In this document: piece after piece, positions 11,863-24,519 of the stretch
Layout of the letters: every line of letters begins with the position of its first letter
Position numbering within the stretch: the stretch's first letter is position 1
Assembly: GCF_006345805.1 (NCBI RefSeq)
Contig: NC_043010.1
Location: 3,596,001 to 3,660,000 of the forward strand
Length of the DNA stretch: 64,000 nt
Reading direction: 5' to 3'
From: Octopus sinensis
Lineage: Eukaryota
Translations under genes and position numbers: made by a program
Notes under the pieces: generated by a model
Database searches by the model: none
What the model was told of the DNA's origin: nothing
Seen by the model: the letters and a program-made list of their open reading frames with translations, nothing else

Positions 11863-12139
11863 ATAATTCTGTTTATCACTTTTAGTAAGTTAAGCTGTGT
11901 GTTATGCTGTGTTGGCCAGTTATCATTAAAAATCGGTATCATTATTAAGGCAGCAAGCTGGCAGAAACATTAGCAAATACACAAAACAAAATATTTTGTT
12001 GCATTCCTACAGGTTCATTGTTTTTCCAGTTCCAATTGTACTGAGGTCAACTTTGCCTTTCAACTTTTCTGTGTCCCTTTGAGAGTGATGAAATAAGCAC
12101 CAGTTGAGCTCTGATGTAATTGAATATCCTTTCACTTAA

Positions 12140-12700
12140 AAAGTTTAGCACCTCTCAAAACCATTTCATATCCCATATTCCATAGATCAGGGGTATCCCT
12201 TTACAACTCTTCTATACGTTCTAGTGCTTGAGCCTTTACTGTAGAAGCTAGAAGCCTTGAGGGGGTATCCCATTAGATATGAGAGAGCTGTGTCAGTGCA
12301 TGCAGATGGTGTCAGACATCAAATAAGTTGTGCAGTGGATGAGGCTGAAAGGATTGAGGTAAGTGACTTTACTCTTTGGTCAAGCTCACAACTTTTTCAA
12401 GTTCCACTTGGAAAGAAAAGTGAGGGTGAAGAGAGGAGTGCTACCTCCCACTGAATTTGTGAAATGATGGGTGACTATGTTAAAGATGGTTAGAGTGAGT
12501 GGCCCTTCTCTAAACATGCCTGTGATGATCAGGGTAATCTTGGATCTGTGGGGTCCCTTGATTTTCCTTAGTTGGAGTTTCTCCTGTATCAGGTTGTGTC
12601 GATAATGTTCATCTTCATTCACCATTTTCATGGTGGTCCCAAGCACACAAAGTGCGATCCGTCCCATTGCAAATTCACACCAAACTACATTGAAGTGTCA
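12140..12700 (-). mobile_element. Highly degraded CR1/L2-like RT remnant
   Basis: Weak motifs: GPLTLTIFNI, FLSKWNL, QALERIERVVKGYPDLWNMGYE. Confidence 0.4.
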
Positions 12701-12835
12701 AGTAACTAAGGAATGCATAAGTGCTAGAAACAGACTGAAGTTAGCTACTTATTAGAGTGCTTAAAGTTTAGTGTTGATAAAAACCAGACATTTTGGCCAA
12801 ACCAATATATATATATCACCTTCACTTTCACTTTG

Positions 12836-13050
12836 ACTGACCAGTCCATCAGGCGTCCATTTGACACCGCTGGTCACAGCACGCTGTCCACTCCTCTCTG
12901 GATTGCGCCTTTCTCATCCACGTGATCCCAATCGTCCTCTTGAAATCGTAACTCCACCGTCGTGGAGGTCTTTTCCGCTCACGCGGGTAACACTCGTCAA
13001 CTGCGTGCGTCCACCGATTATCGGTGAGCCGGGCGACGTGTCCAGCCCAT
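12836..13050 (-). mobile_element. RTE-1-like LINE 3' fragment (second RTE family)
   Basis: RWAGHVARLTDNRWTHAVDECYPRERKRPPRRW...GITWMRKAQSREEW, with tail tgtgaccagcggtgtc...ctgatggactggtc. Confidence 0.85.
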
Positions 13051-13746
13051 CTATACTTATATATATATATATTTGGGAGAGATGGGTTTGGCAATGGCTT
13101 AGACAGATTGCCTTATTTGAGTATTTGCTGAGTAGTGCTTTTGCAAAAGGAATAGTTACTGCATCAATGTGTGCAATTAAAACATTTGGTAGTTACATAA
13201 ATATAGTATAACATAGTCAATTCTACATTACTTTCGAGCCAACCATGTATACACACACACAAAATATTGTGTATATGTGTGTAAAACTACTTTGAAATTT
13301 ACCAGTTTATTTTAATTTGCGAATATTTTTCTCGGGATGATTGCCTGGAATAATCTTGTGTTTTTGCATTAATTATTTTTTTTTGTACATAATCGTTACT
13401 GTATTAGTGAAATGTCAGCACTGTACTGTTGACAAGATAATATACATTTCATACTCTATGTAAGTTATTAAGATTAAAATTTTCATTTTCAAGGGAGATA
13501 TTTAAATCGAATATTGCAGAGTTATCTCCCTTCAAGCTTTCCTCGCCGTTTTACGTTTTTCTCTCACTTATTCCGAAATATATCGATTTCCTGCTAATTA
13601 TTTGGAACATGATATGCAAATAGAACCACACACATCACTCATAATAATTAGAAGAAATTCATATACACATATTTATCATACGAATAATTTAATCAAATGA
13701 AGATGCTCGGCAATTTTATTCCGCGTCGCATTTACTTGAAAGAAGA

Positions 13747-13886
13747 GACTGATTCTTTTCCATTTGTAGCTTTCGGTTTTATAAAGTAGTGTGAACAGAG
13801 ATGGCCTTCCAGAAAATAGCTCCAAGAAGGAATGTTGTAGTTTGGTTTCGTATGTAAAATACTGTACGAATGCTACACGATTGGCT
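13747..13886 (-). promoter_or_regulatory. Candidate Pol II core promoter facing the protocadherin: CCAAT box, TATA-like box, Inr
   Basis: Minus strand: AGCCAATC (13879-13886), TATAAAA (13783-13777) and TCAGTC Inr (13752-13747, +1 at 13750), within a locally CpG-richer, repeat-free stretch (~13500-13920). Confidence 0.4.
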
Positions 13887-15535
13887 CACTGAGCGGTAGA
13901 AATAGAATTGCTACGCTGCTTTCTCTTGCCATTGTAGTAGTGAATGTCAGAGGAGAATGAGAAAACAGAATGTGTATCAGTAAGCATGTGTTGGTGAACG
14001 AATCTTTGACAATCAGCAAAATGGCATATCTGTGTGTAGTAGTAGCAGTGCAGCAGCAGTACCAAATGTAACTTTTTTTCTCATTTTTTGACCTTTGTCA
14101 GCAACAGCTCAAGGCCGAACAATTTTCTGGCCTTGAAAAAGGAGAATAGGTTTTGGTTCGCAATTTTGACAGTGTGACTGAATGGGAATTTTTATCATTA
14201 GACGTAAATAAAGGCTGTAAGGCCTAGTATTTGTACTGCCCATGAAAGCTTTAGTTTTGTGTTGTACATCTGAAAAGGACATAAATTGGAAGATTTCCTT
14301 TCGTATGTGTTGTAATAGTTTTATTTTTGCAGTTGAAGGAGACAAGCTTTTCATGTTTCCATTAAATCAATTCTCAAGGCAGCTTTTCTTTTAAAGTTAT
14401 CTACATATCTAGTGTTAGAAGTCAAGGTATACTTGGCTGATACCTGTACTTGGAAAGTAAAGGATGAATGAAATGTGGTATCGTCAAAGTATGAGTAATA
14501 TTTCTGCATAATGTTTCTGCCTAAGAGCGATAGGACAGAGTCAGTAGGGGGTCACAGACTCTATCCCTCTCAGGAACAGATACACAGTTATGTGCTTGCA
14601 TAGAATAAGATAGATTCCAATGGAGAGAAACTTTGTTGAATTTAGTGAGGATAAAAGCTTACGCTGATGTACATTGATTGTAGTTAATGCATTGTAGCTT
14701 GTGGCAGTCTCATGGCTGATTGCTTCTGTTAGAGTGATTAGACGTGTGTTATCATCAGCACGTTACACCCACTTTTCTTTACTGGCAAGATTCGATACAT
14801 TTTGAAACTGTTTTTTACTGCTGGATGCCCTTCTTGTCACCAGCTGTTTTAGTTGCTTGTTTGATGTGTCTTACATTGCAATCCAAAAAAAAAAAATAAT
14901 AAATATGGTGGTAATATCTAGCATGGTTGTCAGTTTTTTTCAGACAGTATTCTAACTGTGGTTGTCTTGTCCATCTTTTGGCACTAAATTTCTAGTTCAG
15001 TGTGTCCCTTCCTTTTCAAGATGGTAGTTTGAGATTTGACTGCTGTTTCTAACAGATTGAGGAAACAGTTGGATGTTCCCATAGTGGGTGGCGTGTGTGT
15101 GTGTGCGTGTGTGTATGTGAATGCTAGATACTTAGTGTAGGGAGTGCTTGTGCATTGAAGAGCCAGAAATCTTCCAGTGCTGAAGTATAAATATTTTCTG
15201 ATCTTGGCTTGATGTCAGAATTCATGTTACATCAAGTCATTTGTCCACAATGAGGAGACTATCATCTTTGTATTGAGGTATTTACATGTTCACCCTCAAT
15301 TATATATAATTATATGGAGTATCTCTCTCTCTCTTTATATAAACCAGCCTCCCCCATTATATATATATATATATATTTAAGTAGGTGAATGAATTATCCT
15401 ATGTTTATCGTCAGCATGGAAAATTCGTTTAACCGAAACCTGGCTAGCAAATTCACATCAAAAATCACGGTTGAAGCGACCTGTCAAGGGTAGAAACTCC
15501 GGGTTCATGTGTAGAAATTTGTGTGTTGTCTATGA

Positions 15536-15621
15536 ATAAATGAAAGAATGGAGTTGAACGAAGATGTTAACGAGAGTAAAGGAATTTTGTTAACATCTTC
15601 GTTCGACTCCATTCTTTCATT

Positions 15622-15624
<3 letters not shown>
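15536..15624. repeat. Fold-back inverted repeat (36-bp arms, 17-nt loop)
   Basis: ataaatgaaagaatggagttgaacgaagatgttaac pairs with gttaacatcttcgttcgactccattctttcatttat, with one G-U. Confidence 0.92.
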
Positions 15625-15673
<49 letters not shown>

Positions 15674-16299
15674 AGAGAGAGAAAGAGAGAGATGCACTCA
15701 GATTCTCACCTACAACTATTAAGTAAACAGTTGAACCATTAGATGTTAGGCCAGCACTCTATTGACTCTGCCAGCTGCATTTCTTGTATACCACAAATGA
15801 AAATGTTTAACTTCCTCGAATCCTTAAATGGCTCTGGTTTCAGGTCATGTCTGTAGAACTAATCATTTGCTCAAAATAATGATTTTTCAATAAACTTCCT
15901 AAAAGCATGATGCCCATATATCTTGTGAGGCACGGGCGTTGAATATATGAAGTCTTCTAAGGAGCATAGAATAATGATTTGTATCATCTGCATAAAAAGT
16001 AGTGTTTGTCATTTTACAAGGTTTTTATACAGAGATTCTGACAGGTATGTGATACCTGTGTGTCACGCATGCTTATGGCTCAGCTAACAACAGCCACACA
16101 GGTATTAAAGACTGTTTTATGAAATGACTTCAGACATTTTCCTCTGACTTTCCCATTCTTACCTATTGTATGTGCTTAACAGACTGTTTCTTACGTCATA
16201 TCTTAAGACTGTTTATTTCCATTTTCAGTCTTTAACAGTCTTTGACTGCCATTTCTAAATCCTTCGGTATGCAGCAGAGCAGCCTGTTGTTTAATTATA

Positions 16300-17700
16300 T
16301 TTACTATATATACTGAACTCTACAGAAGTTCCTGACGCTAAAAGTCATATTTACATACCGAAATTTACTGGTAAATAATTGTTGGTTGTCTAAAAAAACC
16401 ACGGAAAAAATGATTTACCCTTTTTATTATATTATCATATGTAAAGAGATAGGTTTTTATTGCGTGCTTAGGATCATCAAGACTGTATCATAAAAAGTAT
16501 TGAATTTTTCTTGCTCTTTAGCTTGAAGTGTAACAGAGAATTTTACTTTGGTGACCATTGCCACCACTATGAATATTATCAAAAATGGCAGTTTTTAGTT
16601 ATCATCTCTTGAATCTTCTTATTTTAGCACTATAAAAAAAGCCCATGACAATTCTTTTGTTCCCTATATGAAGCATTTACAGAACTATACAGATGAAATC
16701 TACACTGAAATATTCTACTTCACAGCTAAGACAACTGTTCATCTTGGCTATCTCAGAAAGCAACTGACATTCCAACTGAAATAATATCAATTGATTTGCA
16801 AAAGTTGTCCAAAATCAGTCAAAAGCTGCCATAAAAGTAACAAAAGCAAAACAAACTGCATCCGTACGTTTCCACTGTTGATTACATATCTTCATGTATA
16901 AGCAACCCAGCATAGATTAAACACTATTTAAAACAGCAACCTAGGTAGAATTGTTTGAAATTATTTATGAGAGTACAGACCATATTTTAATGAGGTTCAG
17001 GGAAAAAAGCCCACTTATACTGGAAGTTATTTACAATATTGTTGGAAAATGTACAAAAGCAAGGAATAACAGAAATTGAACAATGTCTGTTTACATACAT
17101 GCTGGAAATTTGTACGAGTTGTTGGTGTTCTATAGAAGAACAACCTTCTCTGTATTTAAAAATACCATAGATAACAAAAGTGGCATCCTTAATTGGGTTG
17201 CTATAGTACAGACAAGTTTTGTTGCCAAGAACAAAAGCACTTGCTAAAAAGCTATCAGTTAATTTCTTATTTATAGATTATGGACAAGCTTTCTTCAAGT
17301 TTAATAAAATTCCCCTTGGATCATTGTGAATCCAATATGATAATAAGCAACTTCAAATTGATAACGCTATAGAGTTTGTAATAAAAAAAAAAAATAGAAA
17401 CCCAGACACTGCTGACACTTTGTAACAATATAACATAATGACAGAATGACTTTTCTTTTACTTATGTCTTCTGAAATTATTCCACTTTGCAAAAGCAAAA
17501 GCTGTTCTAGTTGCTGCCATTGGAAGGTTCATAAAGACATGGCTGTCAGAACTGAAACTGTAAAGCAGAACTGCCTCTGAAACTAGATATTTTAAAATAA
17601 TGTTCTGTTTTTCAATCTTTGCATTAAACTCTAATTTTTTAATCAAAATTCCATGGTTATATGCTGGGGTTTATTTACAGCAGCAAAAAATACTTAATAT
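16300..17700 (+). pseudogene. Very decayed hAT-like transposase remnant
   Basis: VRFHC*LH and CLLKLF..GRFIKTWLSELKL*SR resemble the hAT CxxH and dimerisation (RxKTWLRSTM) motifs in the expected order. Confidence 0.4.
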
Positions 17701-18214
17701 TATGCACAATTTTTCAATGATCTAAAAATCTCTACTGAGAATCAGAACAGATTTTCTTCTCATACAAAGAAAAAATTCAACAGAGTAATATTCATACTTA
17801 ATAGTTGAATGTGGGGAGATTGCCTTCAAACCTTAAAACTCTTCTAATGAATAGTCTATAAGCAATAAGCACTGTATGTAGGTATTGATTACTATGTGTC
17901 ATAAAAACAGAGATGGGAATAGAAATAAAGTGGACAAAGAATATTTTCTCAGGTTTTAACAAACACGGTTGTTGGAGAGCTTTCCTCCAACAGCAGGTAC
18001 TGTTGCAGTTGTAGTGTCATCACAAATACCAACATCTGGAGTACATAGATGGAGTACAGAACCCTCAAAACCTAGAAAGTTTGGTAGGAAAAGCAGTGTT
18101 TATAGATTTTGTTTATAAAGAAAAGATCAGAATACAGACTTAAGACTGATCTAGGCAGGCTTTAAGTGTTATATTGTAACATTGATGCTGTACATGATAA
18201 GTATGAGCAGCAAA

Positions 18215-18857
18215 ATGAACGGTTGAGGGAACCTATGGAAGAGGTAGACCCAGGAAAACCTGGGATGAGGTGGTGAAGCATGACCTTCGAACTTTAGGTC
18301 TCACCGAGGAAATGACTAGAGACCGAGACCTATGGAAGTATGCTGTGCGTGAGAAGACCCGGCAGGACAAGTGAGGCCATAATCCCATGGCCTACACCTG
18401 GGATGTAGCCAGCCCACTTATGCATTCCTTTCCTTCTTGGGACACAAAACTCCACTTGTGAAGACCTGATGAGGCAAGTGAAAATCCAAATCAAAATCGT
18501 AATCTATCAACATCAATGGAATTTGTAACTGTGATACCAGTGCCAGTGGCACGTAAGAGAACCATCCAAACATGGCCATAGCCAGCGCCACTCGACTGGC
18601 CTCCATGCTGGTGGCACGTAAAAAGCACTGTCCGATCATGGCCGTTTGCCAGCCTTGTCTGGCACCTGTGCCAGTGACACATAAAAAGCACCCACTACAC
18701 TCACAGAGTGGTTGGTGTTAGGAAGGGCATCCAGCTGTAGAAACACTGCCAGATCAGACTGGGCCTGGTGCAGCCTACTGGCTTCCCAGACCCCAGTTGA
18801 ACCGTCCAACCCATGCAAAGCGGACGTTAAATGATGATGATGATGATGATGATGATG
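18215..18857 (+). mobile_element. RTE LINE 3' end (ORF C-terminus, 3' UTR, (GAT)n tail)
   Basis: EGTYGRGRPRKTWDEVVKHDLRTLGLTEEMTRDRDLWKYAVREKTRQDK*, then a UTR ending cggacgttaaa(tga)n. UTR-only fragments at ~28005-28285(-), ~42925-43095(+), ~57540-57720(-) and ~62965-63112(+). Confidence 0.9.
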
Positions 18858-19855
18858 AAATATTCAAGTGTGAGAAGAAAAAATATTTAGCAAATCAGGT
18901 ATAAATTTCTGAAGAAGTATGCAACACCTTATGACATCCTATGCAATTTTACAATTGCTGAAAGGATCTACCTTAATACAAACATAGATAAAAAAATTCC
19001 TCTGCATGTCACAAAAAAATTATCAATGAATATTTCACCTCAAACTTGTGAACAATACAGACATTAAAGGGAAGTATAAGACTGCTCCTGGACTTCTATA
19101 TCATGTCATATTTGCTGCAAAATACTTGATAAACACAAATGATATTGATACCTTTAAAATTAAGATCCTGAGATGCTGATTCTTCCGCTTATCAGTGGAA
19201 GACATTTCAGAATTTGTCCCAAAATATCATCAATTTTTTGCTACATGCCTTCATGTTCTTGCTAATTTTAGCATTAATTTTTTAATATATTATGCCATTA
19301 AGATGAACCCCTTCTTTATGAGAATAATGCAAACAGCTCAAAAGGAAGAAGAGATATAAAGTGACACACAGACAATGCTGAAGGCCTTAAACTCATTCGA
19401 TTGCAGGTGAATCTTCATTTAGTGTATTGAGAAAAAGTCAGCTTGGAAGAGTTTATCTTTCTATAAAGCTATATCCACTAGAATTGTTAATTTTAGTACT
19501 TTAAATTAACAAAACACCTGTCGATTTTAGAGTGCTTCTAATGCTTGGAGCAGTTATTTGTTTCTAGTCAGTCCAATTTACTACAACTACATCAACTGTG
19601 CAAGACTGGTTGTGAACTGCTGAGCTCTTTGCTGGTTGACTTAATGTGATTTCTCTTTCTTCATTTATTTTCCTCCTTACTCTCTCTCCATACAGACACG
19701 CTTTTGATATAAAATAACAGCATTATAATACTGGTGTGTTTGTGTGGATAGCTTTCCTATTATATATATAAATATATATATATACCGGAGTAAACACATA
19801 AATGTGAAACAAGGTGGAAAAAAAGTGCTCAAATACCAGTGGTAGAGTAATATGC

Positions 19856-20044
19856 TTTATTTAAAGCAGCCGAAAATTCAACAAAACCTGTTACTCCCGT
19901 TGCCGTTCATCGGACAGTTTTTGCTAGAATGGAACTGATATGTCAGTTCTATCCACGGTTCCATTCTAGCAAAAACTTCCGATGAACGGCAACGGGAAAC
20001 TCAGAGTAACAGGTTTTGTTGAATTTTCGGCTGCTTTAAATAAA
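19856..20044. repeat. Fold-back inverted repeat (~80-bp arms) containing a hammerhead-like motif
   Basis: 19856-19935 is the reverse complement of 19958-20044 apart from an 8-nt indel and small changes. Confidence 0.9.
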
Positions 20045-20469
20045 GTGTATATATATATATATATATATGCAGATGTGTATGTGTGTGCATTTATGTATAT
20101 ATATGTGGGTATTTGTGTGTGTGTGTATATACATATATATGTATATGATACACATACAGAGTAAACCCTCAGCTTGACAATCAAAAATCTAATGGATTTT
20201 GGATTTAATGGACTGAATAATAAAAATTCGTTACTACTACTGCATTCAACTTGAAATACTCTCAATTATTAAAAAGGGAAGTAGAAATAACTAATTTTTT
20301 CTTTATAATTGAATACTTTAACATTGTGCCCTGGTGTATTTTGCTGTAGAGCTTTTTTTTATTACATTAAAAATCAATAAAAATGTCACCTAGGTTATCT
20401 CCAATTTAACACACTATCAGAATTAACGAACACAACTTCCCCAACTTCAGTAGGTTAAATCAAGATGGA

Positions 20470-20995
20470 GTGTGTGCTGTATGGCTGTATGTTTCTAACT
20501 AGGTATGTGTATGTATATGCATATGTGTGTGTGTGTATATGTGTCTATGTATTGGCACACGCACACACACACTGGTGTGTGTGTTTATGTAAATGCGTGT
20601 ATATATATGTATGTGTGTATATATATATATACATATATATATGTACATATATGGGTGTATGAATGTATATATAATATACATATACATATGTGTGTGTATG
20701 TATATATATATATATATATATACACATATATATATATATATATACATACATATATATATGTATACATTTATATATATTTATATATATATGTGCGTGAATT
20801 TAATATGTAAATATATATATATTTTGTATATATACGTTTATATATATATATAAATATATGTACATTTATATATATTTATATCTATATATATATAATGTAT
20901 ATATATATGTATGTATATATATATGTATGTATATATATGTCTATATATATACGTATGTGTGTATATATATGCATATATATATGTATGTGTATATA

Positions 20996-21028
<33 letters not shown>

Positions 21029-21056
21029 TTATATGTATATATGTATTTATATGTAC

Positions 21057-21106
<50 letters not shown>

Positions 21107-21285
21107 TTATATACATATGTATTTATATATATATGTATTTATATATATATGTATATGTATATATATGCATGTATGATGTATGTATTTATATATATATATG
21201 TATGTATATATGTATATATACATATGTATGTATATATATGTATGTATGATGTATGTATATATATATATATATATACACATATATA
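20470..21285. repeat. Large compound (TA)n/(TG)n/(TATG)n microsatellite field
   Basis: Direct inspection. Similar fields at 10047-10098, 10779-11075, ~27650-28000, ~40085-40510, 56205-56565, 57120-57440 ((TCTA)n/(TCTG)n/(CT)n/(TA)n), 62710-62785 and 63170-63246; GA-rich tracts at 55520-55730 and 58130-58225. Confidence 0.98.
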
Positions 21286-23240
21286 TTTTTGTTTCTGTAG
21301 TTTCAGCACAGAGCTGCGGCCAAGCTGATGCACTGCCGTTTTGCTACACTGTTAGTACTGAGAACCTCCTACAATACGTGGTACTTGGTGAAGAATGGAC
21401 TTTGATGTAGCTACCCTCATTTGCGCCTCTTGATGTGAGGTAGGTTCATCTGGGACTCTCGGCAGGAGGAGGTCCAGCTTTGATTTGAAAATGCCTTCAT
21501 CTACTTTGTGCACGTTCCTCAGGCTCTTTGGGAGAATATTAAAAAGCTGTGGGCCTCTAAGACCCTGGCTGTTGCAGTAACTGGTCCTGAAGTGCGATGG
21601 CGTTGTTGGAATCTTTGACACTATGCAGTGTCATCCCGTTCTGGCATTGGTTTAGCTTTCAATGCCAAAATTTGGCACAATTCCTTCCAGGATATTCCAG
21701 ATGTATATTACTGCATACCTCTCCTGCCTTCTCTCCAGGGAGTAGAGTCTTAGCTGTTTCAGCCTTTCCCAATAGCTGAGCAGTTGCAAAGAGACAATCT
21801 TCTTTGTGAATCTTCTCTGGATTGCTTCAAGGTCCGCTGTTAATTTCACACCGTTAGGTGACCATAGCTGGGAGCAGTGATCCAGGTGTCTGAGGATGAA
21901 TGTCCTGAGGACCATCACAGTTTCCTTATCTCTGGTTCTGAATGTTCTCAGAATCCAGCCAGCCAGTCGTCTGCACTTTGTTGCCATCCTGGTAATGCGC
22001 ATTTGGAAAGAGGTATCAACATTCATGTTAATTCCCACGTCTCTCACTGATTTAGGCTCTGGGATTGAAATTCCCTGTGGACCATTGTACCCTGTAAGTT
22101 TCAGATTCAGGCTTGGAATTTTTCAGTATGAAACTGCATATTATTATGCTCAGTCCATTTGCAAATTGAGTCCAACTCCTGCTGCAGATGTGCAACATCG
22201 CTGTATTTTCTGCGAGACTTTCATGTCATCTGCATATCTTGCAAGGGTGGCTAAACGGGCACTTGAGGGCATATCTGAGAGGGCCACTATAAAAAGCAGT
22301 GGTACCAAGACACTATTTGTGTTTTCATAGAGGTGGATCCATTAGCCACTACTGCCTGACTTCTATCTTTCAGAAAGTCATGTAACCACTCTCCAAGTTT
22401 TCCACCTATGCTGAGATCACACAGTTTGTGGTATATCATACCATGATCCACTTTGTCAAAAGCCTTTGCAAAATCACATTTAAGTTGTTGAGTAACTGCC
22501 TCAACACCCAGTCATAATGTTGTAAGAGCTGGGTCAGGCAGCTCCTAACTAGTTGAAAGCCATGTTGGGTATCCCTCAGCAAGTTATTTTCTTCAAGGAA
22601 TTAGATTAGTTTCCCACTGACTATCCATTCCATGACTTTACTGATGTGTGAAGACAGAGAGATAGGCCTATAGTTTTTGGCATCTGCTCTGCTTCCTCCT
22701 TTATGGACTGGGTATATTATTCCCTCCTTCAGCATGCTTAGCAGTCTGCCATTTGCAAGAAATCTCTGAAAGCGAATCTGGAGGGGTTTTGCCAAGGCAT
22801 GCTTACACGATTTGAGGAGGATTGCTGGGAAACCATAAGGACCAGCAGTTGAGTTTGCATCCACCTCATCTATGGCTTGTAGTATATCTTCTTCGCTAAT
22901 GTCGATGCATTCCAACGTAACTGCCTCGCTGGTTATAGGTGAAGCGGCAAAGAAGTTCACTTGTCTGTGTTTCAACAGGGTGGTAAAAACACTTTTGAAC
23001 TGGTCATTCAGTACCTCACTGATCCTAGTTGGACTGTCTGTGAGGGAGCCATCCTTTTGAGAGAAAGGGGGCCTTTCTTGCAGCGTACTGAAGCTGTTTC
23101 TTTTGCATAATGAAAGGCCTTTGGGTTTGAATTAATGTTTTTTATATCCCAGACTTCTTTGTTTGCTCTCTCCCTCACATAGGATTGTTGCAGCCACTTT
23201 TCAATCTCCATCCTAATTCGGTGTGAGTTCATAATCGAAT
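21286..23240 (-). mobile_element. CR1/L2-group non-LTR retrotransposon, 5'-truncated pseudogene (RT to 3' end)
   Basis: Collinear ORF pieces: NINSNPKAF; STAGPYGFPAILLK..PVHKGGSRADAKNYRPISL; ARYADDM; LEAIQRRFTK..YWERLKQLRLYSLERRQERY; KSKLDLLLPRVPDEP; then a 3' UTR. Confidence 0.92.
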
Positions 23241-23904
23241 AGTATCTTGAATTTCTCTGGAAATTCTTTTCTATAGCTTCACAAAACTGAAAAGGGAGGT
23301 TAGATTTGATCTGCTTACCATATGGAATTATTAACCGAACAGTTTTGCTTGAACATACCTTGTTCATCGATGTATCTTTATAAGGAAAAAAGGGTCTTAA
23401 GTAATGGTTATCTCCCTTACGCTGCAGAAATACATTACTCAATTTGGTGTTGTCATACAAAATAAAATTAAAATTGTTAATATCGTTACAACTTGATTTC
23501 ATGTCCTTATTAATAATTTGGCCAAGAAATGCTTTTTAGTCAGTTTGCATGGTTGTTTCATTGATGATTCTGGTTTATTTCACACAATTATTTAATATAG
23601 TAGAGTATATACTGCTTTTTAAAAAGATTTAACCCATGGAAAGTATTCTTGAGACCGGAATTCAGTCATGTGACCACAACACAGATTTTTTTTGTTCTTG
23701 ACTATTTTACACTTGGAATGAAAAGAAACAACTGCTACAGTTTATTTTTGTGATTAAAGAGTAAAACTTTCATCCATTTATCCATACCAATACTTTAAAA
23801 TTTAATTTTAAATGTTTAAGATTAACATAGCAAAAGTAAGCTGGTACCTAAATATTTTGTTAGAATAAAGCATTTATTTAAAATAATTGTAACCTAGTAA
23901 CCAT

Positions 23905-24300
23905 AGGCACAGGAGTGGCTGTGTGGTAAGTAGCTTGCTAACCAGCCACATGGTTCCGGGTTCAGTCCCACTGCGTGGCATCTTGAGCAAGTGTTTTCTG
24001 CTATAGCCCCGGGCCGACCAAAGCCTTGTGAGTGGATTTGGTAGACGGAAACTGAAAGAAGCCTGTCATATATATGTATGTGTGTGTGTGTGTGTATGTT
24101 TGTGTGTCTGTGTTTGTCCCTCTAGCATTGCTTGACAACCGATGCTGGTGTGTTTACGTCCCTGTCACTTAGCAGTTCGGCAAAAGAGACTGATAGAATA
24201 AGTACTAGGCTTACAAAAATAAGTTCCAGGGTCGATTTGACCGACTAAAGGCGGCGCTCCAGCATGGCTGCAGTCAAATGACTGAAACAAGTAAAAAGAG
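23905..24300 (+). mobile_element. SINE family A copy
   Basis: Full-length match to the other copies; possible TSD tagtaac(c)at. Confidence 0.9.
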
Positions 24301-24519
24301 TAGTAACATTTCTCATGCTTTCATTTACCCCCAGGATTGCAAAAGAGTCAATTAATTAAGTTTCCACTCTACTTTCCCAACCTTTTGCAACAAGAAGCTT
24401 TGAAGATGAGGAGAATGTTACCATTCTCAGAAAAGAGACTCCAAAGCTTGAACCAAGTGGGCATCATTATTTGATTCTAAGTTTTATGAAGAGTATAAGT
24501 GAATGATGGGTCATCTTAT

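Noticed and set aside
13801-14354. Plus-strand ATG at 13801 with a GTAAGC donor at ~13980, and an 81-aa minus ORF at 14109-14354
   Set aside because: The plus frame stops after 18 codons and neither translation resembles a known protein.
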